Shown here in pieces: positions 1 through 11,400 of a stretch of 64,000 bases of DNA. A model generated the notes under the pieces. That model saw nothing but the letters and a program-made list of their open reading frames with translations. It searched no databases and was not told where the DNA came from. Source of the DNA: Eledone cirrhosa. Taxonomy: Eukaryota. The DNA lies in the NCBI GenBank assembly GCA_964016885.1, contig OZ024743.1, positions 337,962,001 to 338,026,000 on the forward strand. The letters are read 5' to 3'. The position numbers were made by a program, and so were the translations under genes. Every line of letters starts with the position of its first letter. The first letter of the stretch is position 1.

Positions 1-311
1 TTTAAGAGGTAAAACAAAAGTGACAACAACGCTTTAGTTAATGAACAGTATGTGGTCACCTGATTGGAAGAAATAGCTGTCAAATTTCCCTTAGACCACA
101 CAATACTATCATTAAAGAAATGTATTGGATAAATAGTCTTTGACACATGCCTGAAAGGAAAATAAAATATTCATAATTAGGACACCATTGACCATTGCCA
201 TCATCATCCATTGTTTGACCCCTGTTAGTGGAAGACCTCCCCAGCCACGTCCTCTCCTCTTCCGCTTTCTTTCATGTAATCTCACCTCGTCTTCTCTTTT
301 CTCATACTATA

Positions 312-339
312 CGAGGTACACTCAAGAAGTTTTGAGACT
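312..339 (+). mobile_element. Possible single Tc1/mariner-type terminal inverted repeat remnant
   Basis: TA at 310-311 followed by CGAGGTACACTCAAGAAGTTTTGAGACT resembles mariner ends of the form TA-CGAGG...TCAAAAAGT. No partner TIR or transposase sequence is visible in the window. Confidence 0.3.
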
Positions 340-495
340 TTTTTCTTTTCAAATAAATCGGTCATCTTCACAAACTTATCGATTTCATCTTCACTCTTCC
401 TTGACTACGTGAACCTATACCTTTAGGTTTCTATTCTTGGTGCCACATACTTTGCCAGCTTACATTTTCTCTTCTTAATATATTTTATCATGTTA

Positions 496-612
496 GGGTG
501 ATGGAATGGCAGAATTGATAGAACCTCAGATAAAATGTCATTTTGGTATTTTTTCTTAATCCTTTAAACTCTGAGATCAAATCCCATCAAGATCAACTTT
601 ACTTTTCATTCT
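496..612 (+). mobile_element. Decayed, 3'-truncated tRNA-derived SINE (resembles the abundant Octopus SINE family)
   Basis: A-box-like TGGCAGAATTG at about 507-517 and B-box-like GATCAAATCC at 575-584, followed by GATCAACTTTACTTTTCATT. The whole stretch follows my recollection of the octopus SINE pattern (TGGCAGAATCGTTAG...TTCTGAGTTCAAATTCC...GTCGACTTTGCCTTTCATCC). Recognised from memory, not searched. Confidence 0.7.
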
Positions 613-918
613 TCTTCTTCTTCACCCACTTATTCCCGAGAGGTTCGAGGAGACAAGACCTCAAACACTCCTCCCAGCGGGTCCTGTCAGAAGCAACCGT
701 CTCCAACTGATCCAGCTGGATCCCCAAGCGGGATCAACCAAGTTCATGGATGTTATCCAACCATCTTGCTCGGGTCTACCTCTGGGTCGGTTGATTTTGC
801 CCGTAAAATCTGTCCAGCGATTCTTTCCTGCATTATTCTAAACACATGTCTCTAGTATCGGAGCTATGATCTCTTAATTTAGAGAAGTAGCGGCTCTACC
901 TGGAGCGACTCTCTTAGC
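609..918 (-). mobile_element. 5'-truncated, decayed RTE-clade LINE 3' end with (GAA)5 tail
   Basis: Minus-strand translation reads LRESLQVEPLLL*IKRS*LRY*RHVFRIMQERIAGQIL, then after a frameshift RPRGRP...RWLDNIHELG*SRLGI...VASDRTRW. This matches the C-terminal LRWxGHVxRM...RPRGRPRxRWxD...DRxxW signature of RTE-clade ORFs. It ends in (GAA)5 (TTC x5 at 609-623), typical of RTE short-repeat tails. Confidence 0.8.
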
Positions 919-959
919 CAAGAAAGAATATATCCACAAATATTATAGAGTTTGGATTA

Positions 960-1035
960 TTTCCTGAGGCATTCTAACCACATGTCCATAGTATCGAAGC
1001 TGTGTTCTCTCAACTCGGAGAAGTAGCGGCTCTAC
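960..1035 (-). mobile_element. Second short RTE-LINE fragment, paralogous to 824-899
   Basis: Minus strand encodes VEPLLLRVERTQLRYYGHVVRMPQE without stops. It aligns without gaps to 824-899 (offset 136 bp), about 80% identical by hand count. Confidence 0.75.
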
Positions 1036-1260
1036 AATGTATGATAGCTTTTTTTATAATAATGTTATGTTCTGCTATGTTGCATAATGCAATTGAAAGT
1101 AAATTTATATTTGATGATCCATGAAGCTTTTCTCGGGAATGTTGTGGTCTAATTTCTGAAAATGTTTCTGTATCACTATAATAAAATACACAGAAACAAG
1201 TCGAACAATCGAACGAAGTATTCTTCATAGAACTAACGTTGTCAGTAATTCTATGAATGA

Positions 1261-1535
1261 AACAGGAGAATGAGAAACAGAGAGAGAGGGAGATGGGTTG
1301 GAGAAGGAGAGAGAAAGAGGGAGAGAAAAACCATGAAAAATATAGTCTTTACTCGAAATTCCATCTATTATAAGAACGTTATGATAGAGATAGATAAATG
1401 AAAATAGTAAGAGACAGAAAGATAGAGAAGAAAAGAGATAAATTGGGGCAGTATATGAGAGAGGGAGTGTGTGTGTGTTTGAGAGTACGAAAGAGAGAGT
1501 GAGAGGGGGCAGGTGTAGAGAGAGAGAGAAAGTAA
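1261..1535. repeat. GA-rich low-complexity / degenerate (GA)n and (GT)n microsatellite region
   Basis: Multiple short AGAGAG runs and a GTGTGT run at about 1466-1477. Confidence 0.8.
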
Positions 1536-1625
1536 ATAGAATGATATCATGGGTCAGAAACGAAGTAGCGTTAACTGCTCAACTAATAACTATATAATGT
1601 TATTAATGATGGCGGGCGTGAAGTG

Positions 1626-1843
<218 letters not shown>

Positions 1844-2007
1844 GCGAGGGAAAAGTGGTAAGGAACCAGGTGGACCATAACGCACCAAAGTACTCAATAC
1901 TTAGGGTAGTAGAGTGGGTAATAGGAGTAAGTAAGACCCCGACGGCTGTACAGAATTAGCCGTCGAAACGGCTTGAGCTCAGCCGTCGGGGTCTTACTTA
2001 CTCCTAT
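1844..2007 (+). mobile_element. About 160-bp element embedded in (TA)n, carrying a perfect 28-bp inverted repeat and a hammerhead-like fold; candidate Penelope-like pLTR or retrozyme remnant
   Basis: Flanked on both sides by (TA)n. 1921-1948 ATAGGAGTAAGTAAGACCCCGACGGCTG is the exact reverse complement of 1980-2007. Internal stem + GAAAC + stem + GTC arrangement is visible. Family assignment is inference. Confidence 0.5.
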
Positions 2008-2078
2008 ATATATATATATGTATATATATCTATCTATCTCTCCCTCTATATATATATATAAATATATATATATATATG

Positions 2079-2124
<46 letters not shown>

Positions 2125-2291
2125 AATACACACACACATACACATACATATAAATATACATATATGTATGTATGTATATATATATATATATATATATATA
2201 CATACATACATACATATATGTATATTTATATGTATGTGTATGTGTGTGTGTATTTATATATATACACACACACACACATATATATATATAC

Positions 2292-2323
<32 letters not shown>

Positions 2324-2376
2324 CTGTATGTGTCTGTGTGTGTGTGTGTGCGCGCGCGCGTGCATATGTGTGTGTA
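2005..2376. repeat. Compound (TA)n/(TG)n/(CA)n/(CG)n microsatellite containing a long palindrome at about 2070-2300
   Basis: Directly visible dinucleotide tracts. The irregular interruptions left of about 2188 are mirrored as reverse complement on the right. Confidence 0.95.
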
Positions 2377-3589
2377 TTTTAATAGATATAAAGAATAATA
2401 TATACAAAAAGAAAAGAAAGATAGAAAATAAGGATTCGGCTCTTGTTTCTGATATTAGAAAGAAGAAAATGAAGAACGGTGAGATGAGCGTCAGAAGTAT
2501 TATAGAAATCGTAATTTTTATAATCATATTTTGTAATCATACACCGCACTTCCTTTCCTTTGCTTTTCTATTTCCTTTGTCTTTTTGGCAGGCATAAAGG
2601 AAAGTTTGGTACCAAGAGATTTTATCATCGAGAGAAGGGTTTAAATAATTCAAAATATATATATATATTAGGCCACTTTCGCATGCGGTCTATCTACCTG
2701 ATCTTTTACACTTTAGCATGCGGTCTATATACCTGGTCTTTTACACTTTAGCATGCGGTCTATCTACCTGGTCTTTTACACTTTCGCATGCGTTCTATCT
2801 ACCTGGTCTTTTACACTTTAGCATGAGGTCTATCTACCTGGTCTTTTACACTTTAGCATGCGGTCTATCTACCTGGTCTTTTACACTTTAGCATGCAGTC
2901 TATCTACCTGGTCTTTTACACTTTAGCATGCGGTCTATATAACTGGTCTTTTACACTTTAGCATGCGGTCTATCTACCTGGTCTTTTACACTTTAACATG
3001 CTGTCTATCTACCTGGTCTTTTACACTTTAGCATGCGTTCAAACTACCTGCCCTTTTACACTTTAGCATGCAGTCTATCTACCTGGTCTTTACACATTAG
3101 CATGCAGTCTATATACCTGGTCTTTTACACTTTAGCATGCGGTCTATCTACCTGGTCTTTGACACTTTAGCATGCAGTCTATCTAGCTGGTCTTTTACAC
3201 TTTAGCAGGCGGTCTATCTACCTGGTCTTTTACACTTTAGCATGCGGTCTATATACCTGGTCTTTTACACTTTAGCATGCGGTCTATCTACCTGGTCTTT
3301 TACACTATAGCATGCAGTCTATCTACCTGGTCTTTTACACTTTAGCATGTAGTCTATCTACCTGGTCTTTTACACTTTAGCATGCGGTCTAGCTACCTGG
3401 TCTTTTACACTTTAGCATGCAGTCTATCTACCTGGGCTTTTACACTTTAGCATGTAGTCTATCTACCTGGTCTTTTACACTTTAACATGCTGTCTATCTA
3501 CCTGGACTTTTACACTTTAGCATGCGTTCAAACTACCTGCCCTTTTACACTTTAGCATGCAGTCTATCTACCTGGTCTTTTACACATTA

Positions 3590-6500
3590 GCATGCGGTCT
3601 ATATACCTGGTCTTTTACACTTTAGCATGCGGTCTATCTACCTGGTCTTTTACACTTTAACATGCTGTCTATCTACCTGGTCTTTTACACTTTAGCATCC
3701 GTTCAAATTACCTGCCCTTTTACACTTTAGCATGCAGTCTATCTACCTGGTCTTTTACACTTTAGCATGCGGTCTATATACCTGGTCTTTTACACTTTAG
3801 CATGCGGTCTATCTACCTGGTCGTTTACACTTTATCATGCGGTCTATCTACCTGGTCTTTTACACTTTAGCATGCGGTTTATATACCTGGTCTTTTACAC
3901 TTTAGCATGCAGTCTATCTAGCTGGTCTTTTACACTTTAGCAGGCGGTCTATCTACCTGGTCTTTTACACTTTAGCATGCGGTCTATATACCTGGTCTTT
4001 TACACTTTAGCATGCGGTCTATATACCTGGTCTTTTACACTTTAGCATGCGGTCTATATACCTGGTCTTTTACACTTTAGCATGCGGTTTATATACCTGG
4101 TCTTTTACACTTTAGCATGCAGTCTATCTAGCTGGTCTTTTACACTTTAGCAGGCGGTCTATCTACCTGGTCTTTTACACTTTAGCATGCGGTCTATATA
4201 CCTGCTCTTTTACACTTTAGCATGCGGTCTATCTACCTGGTCTTTTACACTTTAGCATGCGGTCTATCTACCTGGTCTTTTACACTTTAGCATGCGGTCT
4301 ATCTACCTGGTCATTTACACTTTAACATGCTGTCTATCTACCTGGTCTTTTACACTTTAGCATGCGTTCAAACTACCTGCCCTTTTACACTTTAGCATGC
4401 AGTCTATCTACCTGGTCTTTTACACTTTAGCATGCGGTCTATATACCTGGTCTTTTACACTTTAGCAGCCGGTCTATCTACCTAGTCTTTTACACTTTAG
4501 CATGCGGTGTATATACCTGGTCTTTTACACTTTAGCATGAGGTCTATCTACCTGGTCTTTTACACTTTAGCATGCGGTCTATATACCTGGTCTTTTACAC
4601 TTTAGCATGCGGTCTATATACCTGGTCTTTTACACTTTAGCATGCGGTCTATCTACCTGGTCTTTTACACTTTAACATGCTGTCTATCTACCTGGTCTTT
4701 TACACTTTAGCATCCGTTCAAATTACCTGCCCTTTTACACTTTAGCATGCAGTCTATCTACCTGGTCTTTTACACTTTAGCATGCGGTCTATCTACCTGG
4801 TCTTTTACACTTTAGCATGCGGTCTATATACATGGTCTTTTACACTTTAGCATGCGGTCTATCTACCTGGTCTTATACATTTTAGCATGCAGTCTATCTA
4901 GCTGGTCTTTTACACTTTAGCATGCGGTCTATCTACCTGGTCTTTTACACTTTAGCATGAGGTCTATCTAACTGGTCTTTTACACTTTAGCATGCAGTAT
5001 ATCTACCTGGTCTTTTACACTTTAGCATGCAGTCTATCTACCTGGTCTTTACACTTTAGCATGTAGTCTATCTACCTGGTCTTTTACACTTTAGCATGCG
5101 GTCTATCTACCTGGTCTTTACACTTTAGCATGCAGTATATCTACCTGGTCTTTTACACTTTAGCATGCAGTCTATCTACCTGGTCTTTTACACTTTAGCA
5201 TGCGGTCTATCTACCTGGTCTTTTACACTTTAGCATACGGTGATCTACTTGGTCTTTTACACTTAGAGCATGCGGTCTATCTACCTGGTCTTTTACACTT
5301 TAGCATGCGTTCTATCTACTTGGTCTTTTACACTTTAGAATGCAGTCTATCTACCTGATCTTTTACACTTTAGCATCCGGTCTATCTCCCTGGTCTTTTA
5401 CACTTTAGCATGCGGTCTAACTACCTGGTCTTTTACACTTTAGCAAGCGGTCCATCTACCTCGTCTTTTACACTTTTGCATGCAGTCTATCTACCTGGTC
5501 TTTTACACTTTAGCATGCAGTCTATCTACCTGGTCTTTTACACTTTAGCATGCAGTCTATCTGCCTGGTCATTTACACTTTAGCATGCAGTCTATCTACC
5601 TGGTCTCTTATACTGCAGCATGTGGTCTATATACCTGGTCTTTTACACTTTAGCATGTGGTCTATCTACCTGGTCTTTTACACTTTAACATGCTGTCTAT
5701 CTACCTGGTCTTTTACACTTTAGCATCCGTTCAAATTACCTGCCCTTTACACTTTAGCATGCAGTCTATCTACCTGGTCTTTTACACTTTAGCATGCGGT
5801 CTATATACCTGGTCTTTTACACTTTAGCATGCGGTCTATCTATCTGGGCTTTTACACTTTAGCATGCGGTCTATATACCTGGTCTTTTACACTTTAGCAT
5901 TCAGTCTATCTAGCTGGTCTTTTACACTTTAGCATGCGGTCTATATACCTGGTCTTTTACACTTTAGCATGCGGTCTATCTACCTGGTCTTTTACACTTT
6001 AGCATGCGGTCTATATACCTCGTCTTTTACACTTTAGCATGCGGTCTATATACCTGGTCTTTTACACTTTAGCATGCGGTCTATCTACCTGGTCTTTTAC
6101 ACTTTAACATGCTGTCTATCTACCTGGTCTTTTACACTTTAGCATCCGTTCAAATTACCTGCCCTTTTACACTTTAGCATGCAGTCTATCTACCTGGTCT
6201 TTTACACTTTAGCATGCGGTCTATATACCTGGTCTTTTACACTTTAGCATGCGGTCTATCTACCTGGTCGTTTACACTTTATCATGCGGTCTATCTACCT
6301 GGTCTTTTACACTTTAGCATGCGGTTTATATACCTGGTCTTTTACACTTTAGCATGCAGTCTATCTAGCTGGTCTTTTACACTTTAGCAGGCGGTCTATC
6401 TACCTGGTCTTTTACACTTTAGCATGCGGTCTATATACCTGGTCTTTTACACTTTAGCATGCGGTCTATATACCTGGTCTTTTACACTTTAGCATGCGGT

Positions 6501-8483
6501 CTATATACCTGGTCTTTTACACTTTAGCATGCGGTTTATATACCTGGTCTTTTACACTTTAGCATGCAGTCTATCTAGCTGGTCTTTTACACTTTAGCAG
6601 GCGGTCTATCTACCTGGTCTTTTACACTTTAGCATGCGGTCTATATACCTGGTCTTTTACACTTTAGCATGCGGTCTATCTACCTGGTCTTTTACACTTT
6701 AGCATGCGGTCTATCTACCTGGTCTTTTACACTTTAGCATGCGGTCTATCTACCTGGTCATTTACACTTTAACATGCTGTCTATCTACCTGGTCTTTTAC
6801 ACTTTAGCATGCGTTCAAACTACCTGCCCTTTTACACTTTAGCATGCAGTCTATCTACCTGGTCTTTTACACTTTAGCATGCGGTCTATATACCTGGACT
6901 TTTACACTTTAGCAGCCGGTCTATCTACCTAGTCTTTTACACTTTAGCATGCGGTGTATATACCTGGTCTTTTACACTTTAGCATGAGGTCTATCTACCT
7001 GGTCTTTTACACTTTAGCATGCGGTCTATATACCTGGTCTTTTACACTTTAGCATGCGGTCTATATACCTGGTCTTTTACACTTTAGCATGCGGTCTATC
7101 TACCTGGTCTTTTACACTTTAACATGCTGTCTATCTACCTGGTCTTTTACACTTTAGCATCCGTTCAAATTACCTGCCCTTTTACACTTTAGCATGCAGT
7201 CTATCTACCTGGTCTTTTACACTTTAGCATGCGGTCTATCTACCTGGTCTTTTACACTTTAGCATGCGGTCTATATACATGGTCTTTTACACTTTAGCAT
7301 GCGGTCTATCTACCTGGTCTTATACATTTTAGCATGCAGTCTATCTAGCTGGTCTTTTACACTTTAGCATGCGGTCTATCTACCTGGTCTTTTACACTTT
7401 AGCATGAGGTCTATCTAACTGGTCTTTTACACTTTAGCATGCAGTATATCTACCTGGTCTTTTACACTTTAGCATGCAGTCTATCTACCTGGTCTTTACA
7501 CTTTAGCATGTAGTCTATCTACCTGGTCTTTTACACTTTAGCATGCGGTCTATCTACCTGGTCTTTACACTTTAGCATGCAGTATATCTACCTGGTCTTT
7601 TACACTTTAGCATGCAGTCTATCTACCTGGTCTTTTACACTTTAGCATGCGGTCTATCTACCTGGTCTTTTACACTTTAGCATGAGGTGATCTACTTGGT
7701 CTTTTACACTTAGAGCATGCGGTCTATCTATCTGGTCTTTTACACTTTAGCATGCGTTCTATCTACTTGGTCTTTTACACTTTAGAATGCAGTCTATCTA
7801 CCTGATCTTTTACACTTTAGCATCCGGTCTATCTCCCTGGTCTTTTACACTTTAGCAGGCGGTCTAACTACCTGGTCTTTTACACTTTAGCAAGCGGTCC
7901 ATCTACCTCGTCTTTTACACTTTTGCATGCAGTCTATCTACCTGGTCTTTTACACTTTAGCATGCAGTCTATCTACCTGGTCTTTTACACTTTAGCATGC
8001 AGTCTATCTGCCTGGTCATTTACACTTTAGCATGCAGTCTATCTACCTGGTCTCTTATACTGCAGCATGTGGTCTATATACCTGGTCTTTTACACTTTAG
8101 CATGTGGTCTATCTACCTGGTCTTTTACACTTTAACATGCTGTCTATCTACCTGGTCTTTTACACTTTAGCATCCGTTCAAATTACCTGCCCTTTACACT
8201 TTAGCATGCAGTCTATCTACCTGGTCTTTTACACTTTAGCATGCGGTCTATATACCTGGTCTTTTACACTTTAGCATGCGGTCTATCTACCTGGGCTTTT
8301 ACACTTTAGCATGCGGTCTATATACCTGGTCTTTTACACTTTAGCATTCAGTCTATCTAGCTGGTCTTTTACACTTTAGCATGCGGTCTATATACCTGGT
8401 CTTTTACACTTTAGCATGCGGTCTATCTACCTGGTCTTTTACACTTTAGCATGCGGTCTATATACCTCGTCTTTTACACTTTA
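3590..8483 (+). repeat. Tandem duplication of a 2,447-bp (70-monomer) block
   Basis: Rare variants recur at offset 2447: CATCCGTTCAAATTA 3696/6143, GCAGCC 4465/6912, TGATCTACTT 5241/7688, TACTGCAGCA 5611/8058. Boundaries approximate. Confidence 0.9.
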
Positions 8484-11400
8484 GCATGCGGTCTATCTAC
8501 CTGGACTTTTACACTTTAGCATGCGGTCTATATACCTGGTCTTTTACACTTTAACATGCGGTCTATATACCTGGCCTTTTACACTTTAGCATACGGTCTA
8601 TCTACCTGGTCTTTTACACTTTAGCATGCGGTCTATCTACCTGGTCTTTTACACTTTAGCATGCGGTCTATATACATGGTCTTTTACACTTTAAAATGCG
8701 GTCTATCTACCTGGTCTTTTACACTTTAGCATGCGGTCTATCTACCTGGTCTTTTACACTTTAGCATGCGGTCTATCTACCTGGTCTTATACACTTTAGC
8801 ATGCGGTCTATATACCTGGTCTTTTACACTTTAGCATGCGGTCTATCTACCTGGTCTTTTACACTTTAACATGCTGTCTATCTACCTGGTCTTTTACACT
8901 TTAGCATGCGTTCAAACTACCTGCCCTTTTACACTTTAGCATGCAGTCTATCTACATGGTCTTTTACACATTAGCATGCGGTCTATATACCTGGTCTTTT
9001 ACACTTTAGCATGCGGTCTATCTACCTGGTCTTTTACACTTTAGCATGCAGTCTATCTAGCTGGTCTTTTACACTTTAGCAGGCGGTCTATCTACCTGGT
9101 CTTTTACACTTTAGCATGCGGTCTATATACCTGGTCTTTTACACTTTAGCATGCGGTCTATCTACCTGGTCTTTTACACTATAGCATGCAGTCTATCTAC
9201 CTGGTCTTTTACACTTTAGCATGCTGTCTATCTACCTGGACTTTTACACTTTAGCATGCGTTCAAACTACCTGCCTTTTTACACTTTAGCATGCAGTCTA
9301 TCTACCTCGTCTTTTACACATTAGCATGCTGTCTATATACCTGGTCTTTTACACTTTAGCATGCGGTCTATCTACCTGGTCTTTTACACTTTAACATGCT
9401 GTCTATCTACCTGGTCTTTTACACTTTAGCGTCCGTTCAAATTACCTGCCCTTTTACACTTTAGCATGCAGTCTATCTACCTGGTCTTTTACACTTTAGC
9501 ATGCGGTCTATATACCTGGTCTTTTACACTTTAGCATGCGGTCTATCTACCTGGTCTTTTACACTTTAGCATGCGGTCTATCTACCTGGTCTTTTACACT
9601 TTAGCATGCGGTTTATATACCTGGTCTTTTACACTTTAGCATGCAGTCTATCTAGCTGATCGTTTACAATTTAGCAGGCGGTCTATCTACCTGGTCTTTT
9701 ACACTTTAGCATGCGGTCTATATACCTGGTCTTTTACACTTTAGCATGCGGTCTATCTACCTGGTCTTTTACACTTTAGCATGCGGTCTATATACCTGGT
9801 CTTTTACACTTTAGCATGCGGTTTATATACCTGGTCTTTTACACTTTAGCATGCAGTCTATCTAGCTGGTCTTTTACACTTTAGCAGGCGATCTATCTAC
9901 CTGGTCTTTTACACTTTAGCATGCGGTCTATATACCTGGTCTTTTACACTTTAGCATGCGGTCTATCTACCTGGTCTTTTACACTTTAGCATGCGGTCTA
10001 TGTACCTGGTCTTTTACACTTTAGCATGCGGTCTATATACCTGGTCTTTTTCACTTTAGCATGCAGTCTATCTACCAGGTCATTTACACTTTAGAATGCA
10101 GTCTATCTACCTGATCTTTTACACTTTAGCATCCGGTCTATCTGCCTGGTCTTTTACACTTTAGCATGAGGTCTATCTACCTGGTCTTTTACACTTTAGC
10201 ATGCGGTCTATATACCTGGTCTTTTACACTTTAGCATGAGGTCTATCTACCTGGTCTTTTACACTTTAGCATGCGGTCTATATACCTGGTCTTTTACACT
10301 TTAGCATGCGGTCTATATACCTGGTCTTTTACACTTTAGCATGCGGTCTATATACCTGGTCTCTTACACTTTAGCATGCGGTCTATCTACCTGGTCTTTT
10401 ACACTTTAACATGCTGTATATCTACCTGGTCTTTTACACTTTAGCATCCGTTCAAATTACCTGCCCTTTTACACTTTAGCATGATGTCTATCTACCTGGT
10501 CTTTTACACTTTAGAATGCAGTCTATCTACCTGATCTTTTACACTTTAGCATCCGGTCTATCTGCCTGGTCTTTTACACTTTAGCATGCGGTCTATATAC
10601 CTGGTCTTTTACACTTTAGCATGCGGTCTATCTACCTGGTCTTTTACACTATAGCATGCAGTCTATCTACCTGGTCTTTTACACTTTAGCATGCTGTCTA
10701 TCTACCTGGACTTTTACACTTTAGCATGCGTTCAAACTACCTGCCTTTTTACACTTTAGCATGCAGTCTATCTACCTGGTCTTTTACACATTAGCATGCT
10801 GTCTATATACCTGGTCTTTTACACTTTAGCATGCGGTCTATCTACCTGGTCTTTTACACTTTAACATGCTGTCTATCTACCTGGTCTTTTACACTTTAGC
10901 ATCCGTTCAAATTACCTGCCCTTTTACACTTTAGCATGCAGTCTATCTACCTGGTTTTTACACTTTAGCATGCGGTCTATATACCTGGTCTTTTACACTT
11001 TAGCATGCGGTCTATCTACCTGGTCTTTTACACTTTAGCATGCGGTCTATCTACCTGGTCTTTTACACTTTAGCATGCGGTTTATATACCTGGTCTTTTA
11101 CACTTTAGCATGCAGTCTATCTAGCTGATCGTTTACACTTTAGCAGGCGGTCTATCTACCTGGTCTTTTACACTTTAGCATGCGGTCTATATACCTGGTC
11201 TTTTACACTTTAGCATGCGGTCTATCTACCTGGTCTTTTACACTTTAGCATGCGGTCTATATACCTGGTCTTTTACACTTTAGCATGCGGTTTATATACC
11301 TGGTCTTTTACACTTTAGCATGCAGTCTATCTACCTGGTCTTTTGCACTTTAGCATGCGGTCTATCTACCTGGTCTTTTACACTTTAGCATGCAGTCTAT

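Noticed and set aside
40-240. Possible further decayed octopus-type interspersed repeat
   Set aside because: Only a loose resemblance from memory (GTCACCTGA...GAAATAGC...CAAAT); no structural hallmark to support a call.
496-612. Functional tRNA gene
   Set aside because: A and B boxes are degenerate and no cloverleaf is evident; better explained as a SINE head.
188-1550. Short ORFs 188-412, 1010-1228 and 1368-1550
   Set aside because: No recognisable domains; low-complexity or overlapping repeat remnants; lengths expected by chance.
1921-2007. Active hammerhead ribozyme, or a pre-miRNA or intrinsic terminator
   Set aside because: The essential CUGANGA box is absent on both strands, so cis activity is not supported. 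There is no U-tract or bacterial context for a terminator and no expression evidence for a miRNA.
2668-2673. TTAGGC at the array junction as a telomeric seed
   Set aside because: Single copy only, with no tandem telomeric repeats.
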